A DNA stretch of 51,045 bases from a virus (taxonomy: Duplodnaviria > Caudoviricetes). The stretch spans positions 1 to 51,045 of the IMG/VR virus record IMGVR_UViG_3300011412_000009; one strand, written 5' to 3'. Made by a program: the position numbers and the translations under genes. Positions within the stretch are counted from its first letter, which is position 1, and each line of letters starts with the position of its first letter. Of the stretch, positions 1 to 8,155 are shown piece after piece. The notes beneath the pieces were generated by a model. That model saw only the letters and a program-made list of their open reading frames with translations, had not been told where the DNA came from and searched no databases.

Positions 1-50
1 CCTTTCCTCGCGTGGCCGCAAAAACGGGCTAGGGGTATTATTTTAGCACC

Positions 51-1289
51 ATGCCAAAAACATTAGGAAAAGTGGGGAAGGCCCACCGTGCAGACTCAGG
101 CGTCTCGCACATCAAGGACTTGGTGCCTGATCCTGAGAATCGGCGGGCGCATAACCCCCGGAATCTCGGGATGGTGTCGGATGCGCTGCGGGAAGTTGGG
201 GCTGCGCGGTCGATTGTCATCGACGAGGACAACGTGATCCTGGCTGGCAATGGGGTGACTGAGGCGGCGGCTGAGGCTGGGATTACCCGTGTGCGGGTCA
301 TCGAGGCGTCCGGGGATGAGTTGATTGCGGTGCGGCGGTCTGGCCTGACGCCGGCCCAGAAGCGGGCGCTGGCGATTTACGACAACCGGACGGGGGAGTT
401 GGCGACGTGGGATTTCGACCAGTTGAAGGCGGATGTGGATGCTGGGCTGAGCCTCCAGCCGTTCTGGACCGAGGAGGAGACGGCCGCGCTACTGGCGAAG
501 CACTTTCCACCGGCCGAAGGTTTGACCGACCCGGATGCCGTGCCAGACGAGCGGGCGACCGACATCGTGCCTGGGGATCTGTTCGAGTTAGGTCGGCACC
601 GGCTGATCTGCGGCGACTCCACAGACGCGCTGGTGGTGGACAAGGTGCTGGCTGGCGTGAAGCCGCACCTGATGGTGACGGACCCGCCGTATGGTGTGAA
701 TTACGACCCAGCCAAAGCTAGAGCACCCAGTAAGGACTCGGCGCGAGGCAAGGTGTTGAACGACGACCGATCCGACTGGCGTGAGGCATGGTCACTGTTC
801 ACAGGATCGGTTGCCTACATCTGGCACGCCATGCGAACGAGCGGCACGGTGTTCTCAAGCCTAGAGGATTGCGGTTTTGAGGTCCGTTCAGAGATCGTGT
901 GGGATAAGGGTCGGCTAGTGATGAGCCGAGGCCACTACCATCCTCAGCACGAAAGTTGTTGGTATGCCGTGCGCGATACGGCCAGCTGGTCAGGCGGTAC
1001 GAAACAGTCGACGGTTTGGCTGATTCATCACCAGAAGTCGGAAACAGGCCACGGCGCCCAGAAGCCGGTCGAGTGCATGCGTCGGCCCATCGAAAACAAC
1101 TCCAGCCACGGCCAAGCCGTCTACGAGCCATTCAGTGGCAGCGGGACCACCATCATCGCGGCCGAGCAAACTGGCCGAGCCTGCTACGCCATCGAACTAA
1201 ACCCGACCTACGTGCAGGTCGCCATTGATCGCTGGGAAGCCTTCACCGGCCAGAAGGCCGTCAAAGTTGGAGAGGCGGTCAGCGTATGA
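51..1289 (+). CDS. ParB-like N-terminal domain fused to an N6-adenine/N4-cytosine DNA methyltransferase (beta-class motif order)
   Basis: N-terminal NPR..N, IVIDEDNVILAGNG and AIYDNRT motifs; catalytic DPPY; H.AQKPV; SAM-binding EPFSGSGTT. Such genes are commonly found just before terS. Confidence 0.9.
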   Translation: MPKTLGKVGKAHRADSGVSHIKDLVPDPENRRAHNPRNLGMVSDALREVGAARSIVIDEDNVILAGNGVTEAAAEAGITRVRVIEASGDELIAVRRSGLTPAQKRALAIYDNRTGELATWDFDQLKADVDAGLSLQPFWTEEETAALLAKHFPPAEGLTDPDAVPDERATDIVPGDLFELGRHRLICGDSTDALVVDKVLAGVKPHLMVTDPPYGVNYDPAKARAPSKDSARGKVLNDDRSDWREAWSLFTGSVAYIWHAMRTSGTVFSSLEDCGFEVRSEIVWDKGRLVMSRGHYHPQHESCWYAVRDTASWSGGTKQSTVWLIHHQKSETGHGAQKPVECMRRPIENNSSHGQAVYEPFSGSGTTIIAAEQTGRACYAIELNPTYVQVAIDRWEAFTGQKAVKVGEAVSV

Positions 1290-1398
1290 GCGTCCGCTGG
1301 TTTATGCCCACCGTGACGACCCACGAGGATATCTGGCGGCATCTGCGCTATGTCCCGATCTGCGGCTGGCGGTTGTCGTTCCGTGGTGGGGGTTGTGA

Positions 1399-1887
1399 AT
1401 GAGAGGCCGCAAGCCGCAGCCGACGGAGCTAAAAAAGCTGCAGGGCAACCCAGGTAAGCGCCCGCTCAACACCCGCGAGCCGGTCATGCCGGAAGCGGAC
1501 CCCTCCTTCGATGCGCCTCCGGTGGAACTAGCGTCTGACCTGGTTGCGGCTGGGGAGTGGCAGCGGTTAGCGCCTATTCTGCGGAAGTCCAAGACGGTGA
1601 CAGAGGCGGATCGTGGGGCGTTGTTATCGCTGTGCCAGCAGTGGAGCCGATACCTTGAGGCCAACAAGAGCGTGGCGACGGCCGGTATGGTGGTCAGATC
1701 CCCAAGCGGCTACCCGATGCCCAACCCCTACATCGCCATTGCGAATCGGGCGCTGTCGATGTGCGTCAAGCTCTGGGCCGAGTTGGGGTTAACGCCGAGT
1801 TCCCGCAGCCGTGTGACCTCCGTGGGCGATGATTCCGCTGGCGATCCGTTTGCCGAGTTCGACGCCACCCCAGCCCATGTCAACTAA
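1399..1887 (+). CDS. terS: Terminase small subunit, P27 family
   Basis: MRGRKPQPTELKKLQGNPGKRPLN start, NPYIAI and ELGLTPSSRSRV motifs; directly upstream of terL. Confidence 0.93.
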   Translation: MRGRKPQPTELKKLQGNPGKRPLNTREPVMPEADPSFDAPPVELASDLVAAGEWQRLAPILRKSKTVTEADRGALLSLCQQWSRYLEANKSVATAGMVVRSPSGYPMPNPYIAIANRALSMCVKLWAELGLTPSSRSRVTSVGDDSAGDPFAEFDATPAHVN

Positions 1888-3571
1888 CCCCGTCGATGAC
1901 TATGCGCTGGCTGTCGTCAAGGGGCACATTCCTGCCGGCAAGTATCATCGGCTGGCCTGCACGCGGCACCTGAAGGACACGCAACGCGAAGGCACGCCTG
2001 GATTTCCGTATCGATTTGACCTGACTCGAGCGAATCGCCTGTTCCGGTTTGCCGAGCAACTCCGGCACTATAAGGGCGAGTGGGCTGGACGGAATATCAA
2101 GCTCGAGCCGTGGCAACTCTTCATCCTCGGCAGCGTGATTGGCTGGGTGCATCAAGACACTGGCCTGCGACGGTATCGCACGGCCTTCCAACAGATCCCT
2201 CGCAAGAACGGAAAGAGCCTCATCGCGGCCATCGTCCTGCTCTACCTGACGTTCTTTGACGGGGAGCAGGGCGCAGAAGGCTATTCGATTGCCACCAAGC
2301 GTGACCAGGCCAAGATCGTGTTCGGTGACGCCAAGAAGATGGTGCAGTCCAGCGGGTTGAAGACCCGGATCAAGATCCTCGTCTCCAACCTACACCGGGA
2401 CGATTCAGCGTCTAAACTGATGCCCCTTGGGGCCGACCATGACGGCACAGACGGCCTGAACCCTTCGGTGGTCGTAGTCGATGAGATGCACGCGATGAAG
2501 GATCGCGGCATGTTGGACGTGATGGAGACGGCGACTGGTGCCAGACGGCAGCCGCTCATCTATGAAATCACGACCTTTGGAGACGATCCAGTCTCGCCGT
2601 GGGGCGACCAGAACGATTACGCCAACAAGATCCTTGAGGGCGTGCTAGTCGATGAGTCGTTCTTCGTGTTCACGGCCCACGCCGATCTCGAGGATGACTG
2701 GACGAAGCCAGAGACGGCACGGAAGGCCAACCCGAACTACGGTATCTCCGTCAACCCAGAGGACTTGGCCGCGAAGGTGCTGAAGGCGCAGGGGATTCCG
2801 AGTGCTTCGGCCACCTATAAACAGAAGCACCTGAATCTGCTCGTGAACGCCTCTGCGCCCTGCCTGTCTGTGGACGGCTGGCGCCGTGGCCAGTCGCATC
2901 TGAGCCGGGAGGAGTTCGCGGAGTCGCTTGAGCATGAGCCGTGTTTTGTCGGCATTGACCTCGCCTCCAAGATCGACTTGTGTGCGCTTTCCTTAGTGTT
3001 TCCTCCGTCACCACTTCGGTCGAAGTGGGCCGTGATTCAGCACATCTGGACCCCAGAAGACACGATGGTCGAGCGTGCCCACCGGGATAGAGCTCCGTAT
3101 GGCATCTGGCATGACCAGGGCTGGCTGGAGACAACTCCCGGCACCCGCATCGACCACGAGGTTATCCGAGAGACGCTGGTAGCAGCACGGGAACGCTACG
3201 ACCTAGAGATGATTGGCTTCGACCCGTGGCACGCGGACAAATTGATCGAGGAATTGATCAAAGTGGACGGCTTCCCTGAAGCGCAAGTGGTGGCGGTGCC
3301 GCAGACCTTTGCCGGCATGTCCTCGGCCTGCCTCCGGGTGCAGGCGGATATTCTCGCTGGGGAAGTCGATGCCGGTGGCTGTCCGGTGACGGCGTGGGCC
3401 GTGAGTAATTGCGTGGACCAGCGGGACGGTAAGGACAATATCCAGTTTATCAAGAAAAAGTCGAGGGGCCGGATTGACCCGGTCGTGTCGCTGTCGATTG
3501 GCGTGGCGCTCTGGCTGAAACGGCCAGAAGCGGTGGCCCCAGCCTTCCAAGTCATGGTGTTTGGCCGATGA
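1877..3571 (+). CDS. terL: Terminase large subunit
   Basis: Walker A PRKNGKS, Walker B VVVDEMH, nuclease GIDLASKIDL, FDPW and C-terminal RIDPVV. ATG at 1877 overlaps the end of terS. Confidence 0.96.
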   Translation: MSTNPVDDYALAVVKGHIPAGKYHRLACTRHLKDTQREGTPGFPYRFDLTRANRLFRFAEQLRHYKGEWAGRNIKLEPWQLFILGSVIGWVHQDTGLRRYRTAFQQIPRKNGKSLIAAIVLLYLTFFDGEQGAEGYSIATKRDQAKIVFGDAKKMVQSSGLKTRIKILVSNLHRDDSASKLMPLGADHDGTDGLNPSVVVVDEMHAMKDRGMLDVMETATGARRQPLIYEITTFGDDPVSPWGDQNDYANKILEGVLVDESFFVFTAHADLEDDWTKPETARKANPNYGISVNPEDLAAKVLKAQGIPSASATYKQKHLNLLVNASAPCLSVDGWRRGQSHLSREEFAESLEHEPCFVGIDLASKIDLCALSLVFPPSPLRSKWAVIQHIWTPEDTMVERAHRDRAPYGIWHDQGWLETTPGTRIDHEVIRETLVAARERYDLEMIGFDPWHADKLIEELIKVDGFPEAQVVAVPQTFAGMSSACLRVQADILAGEVDAGGCPVTAWAVSNCVDQRDGKDNIQFIKKKSRGRIDPVVSLSIGVALWLKRPEAVAPAFQVMVFGR

Positions 3572-3777
3572 GTTTACTCAAGCGTGCCGTGGACTGTCGG
3601 CCAGTCGGCCGTCCACGAAGCCTGACGCAGAAGTCCACCGTTTGCACCTGGGTTGAGAACACCACGCATGATCGGCTGATTCAAGTGGCGAACCAGCGCG
3701 GGATGTCAGTTTCGGAATACGTGCGGCGTGTGGTGGTCTTTGCTATCAAGGACGAGAGTTCAGGGAAGCCCACTTGA
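3568..3777 (+). CDS. Small ribbon-helix-helix (CopG/Arc-like) DNA-binding protein
   Basis: GRPR followed by a beta segment and HDRLIQVANQRGMSVSEYVRRVV, matching the RHH pattern. ATGA overlap with terL. Confidence 0.65.
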   Translation: MSLLKRAVDCRPVGRPRSLTQKSTVCTWVENTTHDRLIQVANQRGMSVSEYVRRVVVFAIKDESSGKPT

Positions 3778-3873
3778 CAACCGACCGCACACTATAGGAA
3801 AGTAGCGGAACCGTCGCGTGTATTCAGCACACGACGGCTCCTCACCACGTCAGGTCCGAAGGGGGACCAGATC
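3774..3873 (+). promoter_or_regulatory. Probable promoter and structured leader of the Cas7-like cassette
   Basis: Perfect TTGACA at 3774-3779, but the -10 box is poorly defined. Hairpin CCGTCGCGTG/CACACGACGG starting at 3811. Hairpin GGTCC-GAAGGG-GGACC covers the likely RBS. Confidence 0.4.
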
Positions 3874-4671
3874 ATGGCTAAAGCCAAGAGTAACACCTCT
3901 ACCGTTCTCGCTCCGTCCGACACCGTCAGCGACATTCTGAAAGTCAGCACCGGCACGCTGAACTGCTGCGTGCTCGGCACCAGCCCGATCATTCTCAATC
4001 GTCTCAGCGAGAAGGCGAAGCACGAACTGCTGATGCCCCGTGGACGCAAGTCCGTGTCAGAGCGGAGCACGTCGCTGAAGCACGATCCGTTCGCGGAATA
4101 CCGTGCGTCTCCGCACACGCTGCGGTCTGACGACAGCCAGCCGACGTTTCTGGCGGTGCCGGCGACGGCATTCAAGGGGGCGCTTCGCACGGCCGCGCTC
4201 GACATGCCTGGGATGAAGAAGGCGCAGATCGGACGCCTCACGTATATCGAAGGCGATTACGTGAACCTCTACGGCATCCCAAAGTTGTTCATGGCGGCGG
4301 TGCGGTCGGCCGACATGAATCGCACGCCGGACATTCGCACGCGGGCCATCGTGCCGCAGTGGGCCTGCGAGGTGCGGATCACGTTCGTGGAACCGCTCAT
4401 CCGGGCGCAAGCGGTGGCGAATCTGCTTGGTGCGGCAGGCATCACCATCGGCGTGGGTGACGGGCGTCCAGAGAAGGGCGCGATGAACAACGGCCAGTTC
4501 AAGATCGTCTCGAAGGATGACCCGGAGTTTCTGGCCGTCATCAAGTCTGGTGGTCGCAAGGCGCAGATCGAGGCCATTGAGCACCCGACCTGTTACGACG
4601 ACGAATCCACCGAACTGCTGTCATGGTTCACGGGCGAATTGGAGCAGCGGAAACTGAAAGGGGTTGCGTGA
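3874..4671 (+). CDS. Stand-alone Cas7/RAMP-superfamily-like protein, putative RNA-guide-binding backbone
   Basis: First strand VLGTSPIIL; VPATAFKGALRTAA resembles the Cas7/Csm3 IPGSSLKGALR helix; C-terminal glycine-rich loop AGITIGVGDGRPEKG..NGQF. 265 aa. Confidence 0.75.
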   Translation: MAKAKSNTSTVLAPSDTVSDILKVSTGTLNCCVLGTSPIILNRLSEKAKHELLMPRGRKSVSERSTSLKHDPFAEYRASPHTLRSDDSQPTFLAVPATAFKGALRTAALDMPGMKKAQIGRLTYIEGDYVNLYGIPKLFMAAVRSADMNRTPDIRTRAIVPQWACEVRITFVEPLIRAQAVANLLGAAGITIGVGDGRPEKGAMNNGQFKIVSKDDPEFLAVIKSGGRKAQIEAIEHPTCYDDESTELLSWFTGELEQRKLKGVA

Positions 4672-5132
4672 TGAAGCTCACGGAAGCACAGATCGCACGG
4701 CTGCACGGGTTGGCCTCGGAACGTGGCGAACTCCTGCCGAGTCGTGTCGTGGAAGATGCGAAGAGGAAGACCAGTCCACTGCACACGTTGTTTGAGTGGG
4801 ACGTGAAAGCGGCGGCGGCGATCCAGTGGATCGACCGCGCACGGGAGATCATCGGCAGCGTCGTGATTGTTGTCCAGCGGAGCGAATACGTCGTCAAGAC
4901 GCCTGCTTACACGCGAGATCCTGACGCGAAAGGCGAAGGCTATCGCTCGGTGACTGCGCTGCGTGACGATCCGGTGGCTGCGCGTGCGTCGTTGCGTTAC
5001 ACGTTGGAGGTGGCATCGGGCCACCTCCGTCGTGCCTACGACTTGGCGGAACCGCTGGGACTGGCTGGTGAAATCGACAAGATCGTCGAGGACATCATGG
5101 GCGTGCAGCGGAAGATCTCCACGGCTGCATAG
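4671..5132 (+). CDS. Phage protein of unknown function, coupled partner of the Cas7-like gene
   Basis: TGATG stop/start overlap at 4669-4673. Motif LPSRVVEDAK...SPLHTLFEWD..AA...W..RAR.II; helical C-terminus. 153 aa. Confidence 0.75.
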   Translation: MKLTEAQIARLHGLASERGELLPSRVVEDAKRKTSPLHTLFEWDVKAAAAIQWIDRAREIIGSVVIVVQRSEYVVKTPAYTRDPDAKGEGYRSVTALRDDPVAARASLRYTLEVASGHLRRAYDLAEPLGLAGEIDKIVEDIMGVQRKISTAA

Positions 5133-5137
5133 AACAC

Positions 5138-5781
5138 GGCAGGCATGGCGCGGTGCGATCTGGCGAGTTCAGTCAGGGTCCGGCGCGGTCTGGCAAGGTT
5201 AGGAGTGGCGGGGTGCGGTCAGGCACGGCAGGCGAGGTTGGGCTTGGCACGGTCCGCTATGGTCTGGCAGGGCACCGTTAGGCCTGGTATGGCAAGGCAG
5301 GCGAGGCGGTGTCTGGCGAGGCGTGGCCGGGAGCGGACTGGCGTGGTGAAGCCAGGAGAGACACGGCAGGCTAGGCGTCACAGGTCTTGGTGCGGCACGG
5401 TCAGGCTCGGCCCGGCTAGTTGCGGCACGGCAGGACTGGCAAGGACTGGTGCGGTGTGTCGGGGTGAGGCCCGACCCGGCAGGCTAGGTAGGGCAAGGCG
5501 TGTGTCTGAGAGGCACGGCAGGCATGGCGGTGCCAGGACGGGCTTGGTACGGCTCGGCGGGACGAGGTTGGGCAGGCATGGCTGCGCTGGGCATCGTCGG
5601 GCTAGGCTAGGCCGGGTGCGGCTGGCCAAGGCAGGCACGGTGTGGCTTGGTAGTGTTCGGGACGGCCCGATGCGGCTGGATACGGCAGGCCGGGATTGGC
5701 GCGGCACGGCATGACGGGGCGCGGCCCGCTGCGGCAGGCGTGGAAAGGATAGGCGGCGTCTGATATGGCAAGGCGCGGCGT
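5138..5781 (+). ncRNA. Non-coding GGY-NN pentamer array in 11 units, putative guide-RNA array
   Basis: About 120 in-register pentamers, 93 starting with GG by my count. GGCA inserts at 5138, 5227, 5296, 5365, 5429, 5478, 5517, 5571, 5630, 5684 and 5733 (all spacings 5n+4). Starts 5 nt after the partner gene's stop and ends at a terminator. RNA function is inferred. Confidence 0.8.
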
Positions 5782-5814
5782 GGGTCTTCATGGCTCACGC
5801 CGCTTTTGTATTTT
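5775..5814 (+). terminator. Intrinsic terminator closing the array
   Basis: GCGGCGTGGGTC-TTCAT-GGCTCACGCCGC forms a 12-bp stem with two G-U pairs, followed by TTTTGTATTTT. Confidence 0.85.
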
Positions 5815-5867
5815 CCTACTAGAAAACCCACAGATATCGCAAACGCCCTCAGTATGGCATCCGAGCC

Positions 5868-7811
5868 ATGCTCGATCGCGCGTATTCCATTTTAGAAGTT
5901 AAATCGGTCGATGCGGAGAAGCGCACCTTCTCCGGCTGGGCAACCACGCCTAGCCCCGACAGGGTTGGCGATGTCATCGAACCGATGGGCGTCGAGTTCA
6001 AGAACCCATCGCCCCTCCTGCTCTACCACGACACCACGCAGCCTGTCGGCCATGTGACCTTCGGCAAGCCGACGAGCAAGGGCGTGCCGTTCACGGCCAC
6101 CATTCCCAACGTGGTCGAGCCTGGGACGCTGCAGGATCGCGTCAACGAAGCGTGGTTGTCCGTCAAATACGAATTGTTCAAAGCCGTCAGTATCGGCTTT
6201 AAGGCTGTGTCTGGATTTGTCGAGCCGCTGAAGTCTGGCGGGCTCCGATTCCTCAAGACCGAAGTCCTTGAACTCTCGCTCGTGGTCGTGCCGGCGAATG
6301 CCGAGGCCGTGATTACCACGGTGAAGTCGCTGGATGCCGAGCATCTCCCCGCGTCAGGGGTCGAAGCTCTGCCAGTTGTTACTCCATCATCTGCGGGCGT
6401 CTCCGCATCACGCGCAAAAGCGCAGACCCCAAAGAAAATGAAATCTTACGCTGACCGTATCGCCGATTGCGAAGCCAACCTGCTGACCAAGACCTCCGAC
6501 CGTGAAGCCATCCAGGCCAAGGTGAGCGAGGAAGGGCGCACGAAAGACCCGCAGGAGCGGGAAACCTTCGACAGCCTCGGGCGAGACATCGCGGGCCTCG
6601 AAGCCGAGATCGCGGACCTGAAGGAACTGCAGTCCATGCAGGCCAAGGCCGCCGTGCCCGTGTCCGGCACCGACCCGAAGAAGGCGTCCGACGCCCGTGG
6701 CGGCACCAACGTCATCCAGGTCACGTCCAACCTACCCAAGGGCACCGGCTTTACCCGCTACGTCATGGCGCTCGCGGCCAGCCGTGGCAACCGGGGTGAG
6801 GCGCTCCAGTTTGCCAAGCGGTGGGAGCGTGATTCACCGGAAGTCGTGCAAGTCCTGAAGGCGGCAGTGGATGCCGGCACCACGACCGATGCAACGTGGG
6901 CCGCGCCCCTGGTCGTCTACAACAACCTGGCGAGCGAGTTTATCGAGCTGCTGCGACCGGCCACGATCATCGGGAAGATCTCGGGCTTCCGGCGTGTGCC
7001 GTTCAATGTCTCGATGCCGCGCCAGACGGCCGGCTCGACGGTGGGCTGGGTCGGACAGGCCAAGCCGAAGCCGGTCGGAGAACTGGCGTTCGACACCGTG
7101 TCGCTCGGCATGGCGAAGGCCGCCGGCATCATCGTGATTGCCGAGGAACTGGCCCGCTCGAGTGACCCCTCGGCCGAGATGGTCATCAGCACCGACCTCC
7201 GCAACGCGATCGCGGAGTTCCTCGACGCGCAGTTCATCGACCCAGCCGTGGCGGCCGTGGCGAACGTGTCGCCGGCCGCTGTCACCAACGGCGCCTCCGT
7301 CATCGACTCGACGGGCACCACGGCTGCGGCCTTCCGCACGGACTTCGCGGCGGCCCTGGCCGTCTGGTCAGCGGCAGACCTGTCGATCTCCGGTGGTGTG
7401 GTCGTGATGACTGAGACGCAGGCGATGCGCCTCGGCATGATCGTCAATGCGTTCGGCCAGCCGGAGTTCCCTGGTATCGGCGCGGGTGGCGGGAGCATCT
7501 TCGGGATGCCGGTCGTGACCTCGGAGAACATCCCGGCCGAAGGCGGATCGCCGGCCGGCAACCGCATCATCCTGCTCAAGCCGGGTGAGATCTTCATGGC
7601 GGACAACGGCGGGATCGTGGTGGATGTGAGCCGTGAGGCGAGCGTCCAGATGAACACCGCGCCGGATGACCCGGCCACGGCCAGCACGGTGCATGTGTCG
7701 TTCTGGCAGAACAACCTCGTCGGCATTCGCGCCGAACGGTTCATCAACTGGCTGAAGCGGCGTAGTGCGGCGGCGGTCATCATCGAAGGCGCCGTCTACA
7801 CGGGCGCGTAG
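5868..7811 (+). CDS. HK97-family prohead protease fused to major capsid protein
   Basis: N-terminal protease motifs (LLYHD, AVSIGF, LELSLVVVPANAEA), coiled-coil scaffold region, capsid C-terminus FWQNNLVGIRAERFINW. Confidence 0.93.
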   Translation: MLDRAYSILEVKSVDAEKRTFSGWATTPSPDRVGDVIEPMGVEFKNPSPLLLYHDTTQPVGHVTFGKPTSKGVPFTATIPNVVEPGTLQDRVNEAWLSVKYELFKAVSIGFKAVSGFVEPLKSGGLRFLKTEVLELSLVVVPANAEAVITTVKSLDAEHLPASGVEALPVVTPSSAGVSASRAKAQTPKKMKSYADRIADCEANLLTKTSDREAIQAKVSEEGRTKDPQERETFDSLGRDIAGLEAEIADLKELQSMQAKAAVPVSGTDPKKASDARGGTNVIQVTSNLPKGTGFTRYVMALAASRGNRGEALQFAKRWERDSPEVVQVLKAAVDAGTTTDATWAAPLVVYNNLASEFIELLRPATIIGKISGFRRVPFNVSMPRQTAGSTVGWVGQAKPKPVGELAFDTVSLGMAKAAGIIVIAEELARSSDPSAEMVISTDLRNAIAEFLDAQFIDPAVAAVANVSPAAVTNGASVIDSTGTTAAAFRTDFAAALAVWSAADLSISGGVVVMTETQAMRLGMIVNAFGQPEFPGIGAGGGSIFGMPVVTSENIPAEGGSPAGNRIILLKPGEIFMADNGGIVVDVSREASVQMNTAPDDPATASTVHVSFWQNNLVGIRAERFINWLKRRSAAAVIIEGAVYTGA

Positions 7812-7819
7812 TCGTGACC

Positions 7820-7850
7820 GAGGGCGCTGCGGGTATACCGTGGCGCCCTC
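7820..7850 (+). terminator. Stem-loop after the capsid gene (weak terminator or mRNA stabiliser)
   Basis: GAGGGCGCTGCGG-GTATA-CCGTGGCGCCCTC, 13-bp stem; poor U-tract. Confidence 0.5.
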
Positions 7851-7861
7851 ACTTAACCGCC

Positions 7862-8155
7862 ATGCTACTCCTGCATCTCTGGCTGTTGCTGGCGCTCTTA
7901 TTGGTAGTGCTTTCCCAAGGACGACGCATCATGGCAACCGCCGCAGAAATCAAGGCGCTCGTAGTGGAAGTGAAGGCCATCGCGGCCGAAGTGGCTGGCG
8001 ACCTCGACGAAGTCATCGGCAAGCTCGAGGGCGGGCTGTCGGCCGAGGAAGCGGCGGCTGTAGCCACCGACCTGTCTGAACTGCGCGACCAGTTGCGCGG
8101 CGTGGCCGACAAGGTGCCGGAGCCGGTCGAGCCGCCTGTCGAACCTCCCGTCTAG
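7862..8155 (+). CDS. Hypothetical coiled-coil protein with possible N-terminal hydrophobic segment (alternative start 7931)
   Basis: MLLLHLWLLLALLLVVL followed by an acidic amphipathic helix and a PEPVEPPV tail. Confidence 0.55.
   Translation: MLLLHLWLLLALLLVVLSQGRRIMATAAEIKALVVEVKAIAAEVAGDLDEVIGKLEGGLSAEEAAAVATDLSELRDQLRGVADKVPEPVEPPVEPPV

Noticed and set aside
4623-4670. Upstream start for the partner gene
   Set aside because: It lies inside the Cas7-like gene; the TGATG overlap at 4671 is the better start.
5145-5714. 189-aa Arg/Gly/Ala-rich ORF and the antisense ORFs 5199-5381 and 5378-5791
   Set aside because: They are by-products of the pentamer array. The 5-nt period and 4-nt inserts ignore codon phase, there is no RBS, and the translation is low-complexity.
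5138-5781. Canonical CRISPR array
   Set aside because: There are no identical 23-47 nt repeats with unique spacers. The constant part is only GGY per pentamer plus a 7-nt junction.
5138-5781. Simple microsatellite or G-quadruplex tract
   Set aside because: Positions 4-5 vary freely while the register and delimiters are strictly kept, and the tract is bounded by a stop codon and a terminator. G-quadruplex formation by GG runs is possible but does not explain the grammar.
6917-7783. Long minus-strand ORFs here and elsewhere (e.g. 31399-32460, 32533-33573)
   Set aside because: They are antisense shadows of GC-rich + strand genes with no recognisable motifs.
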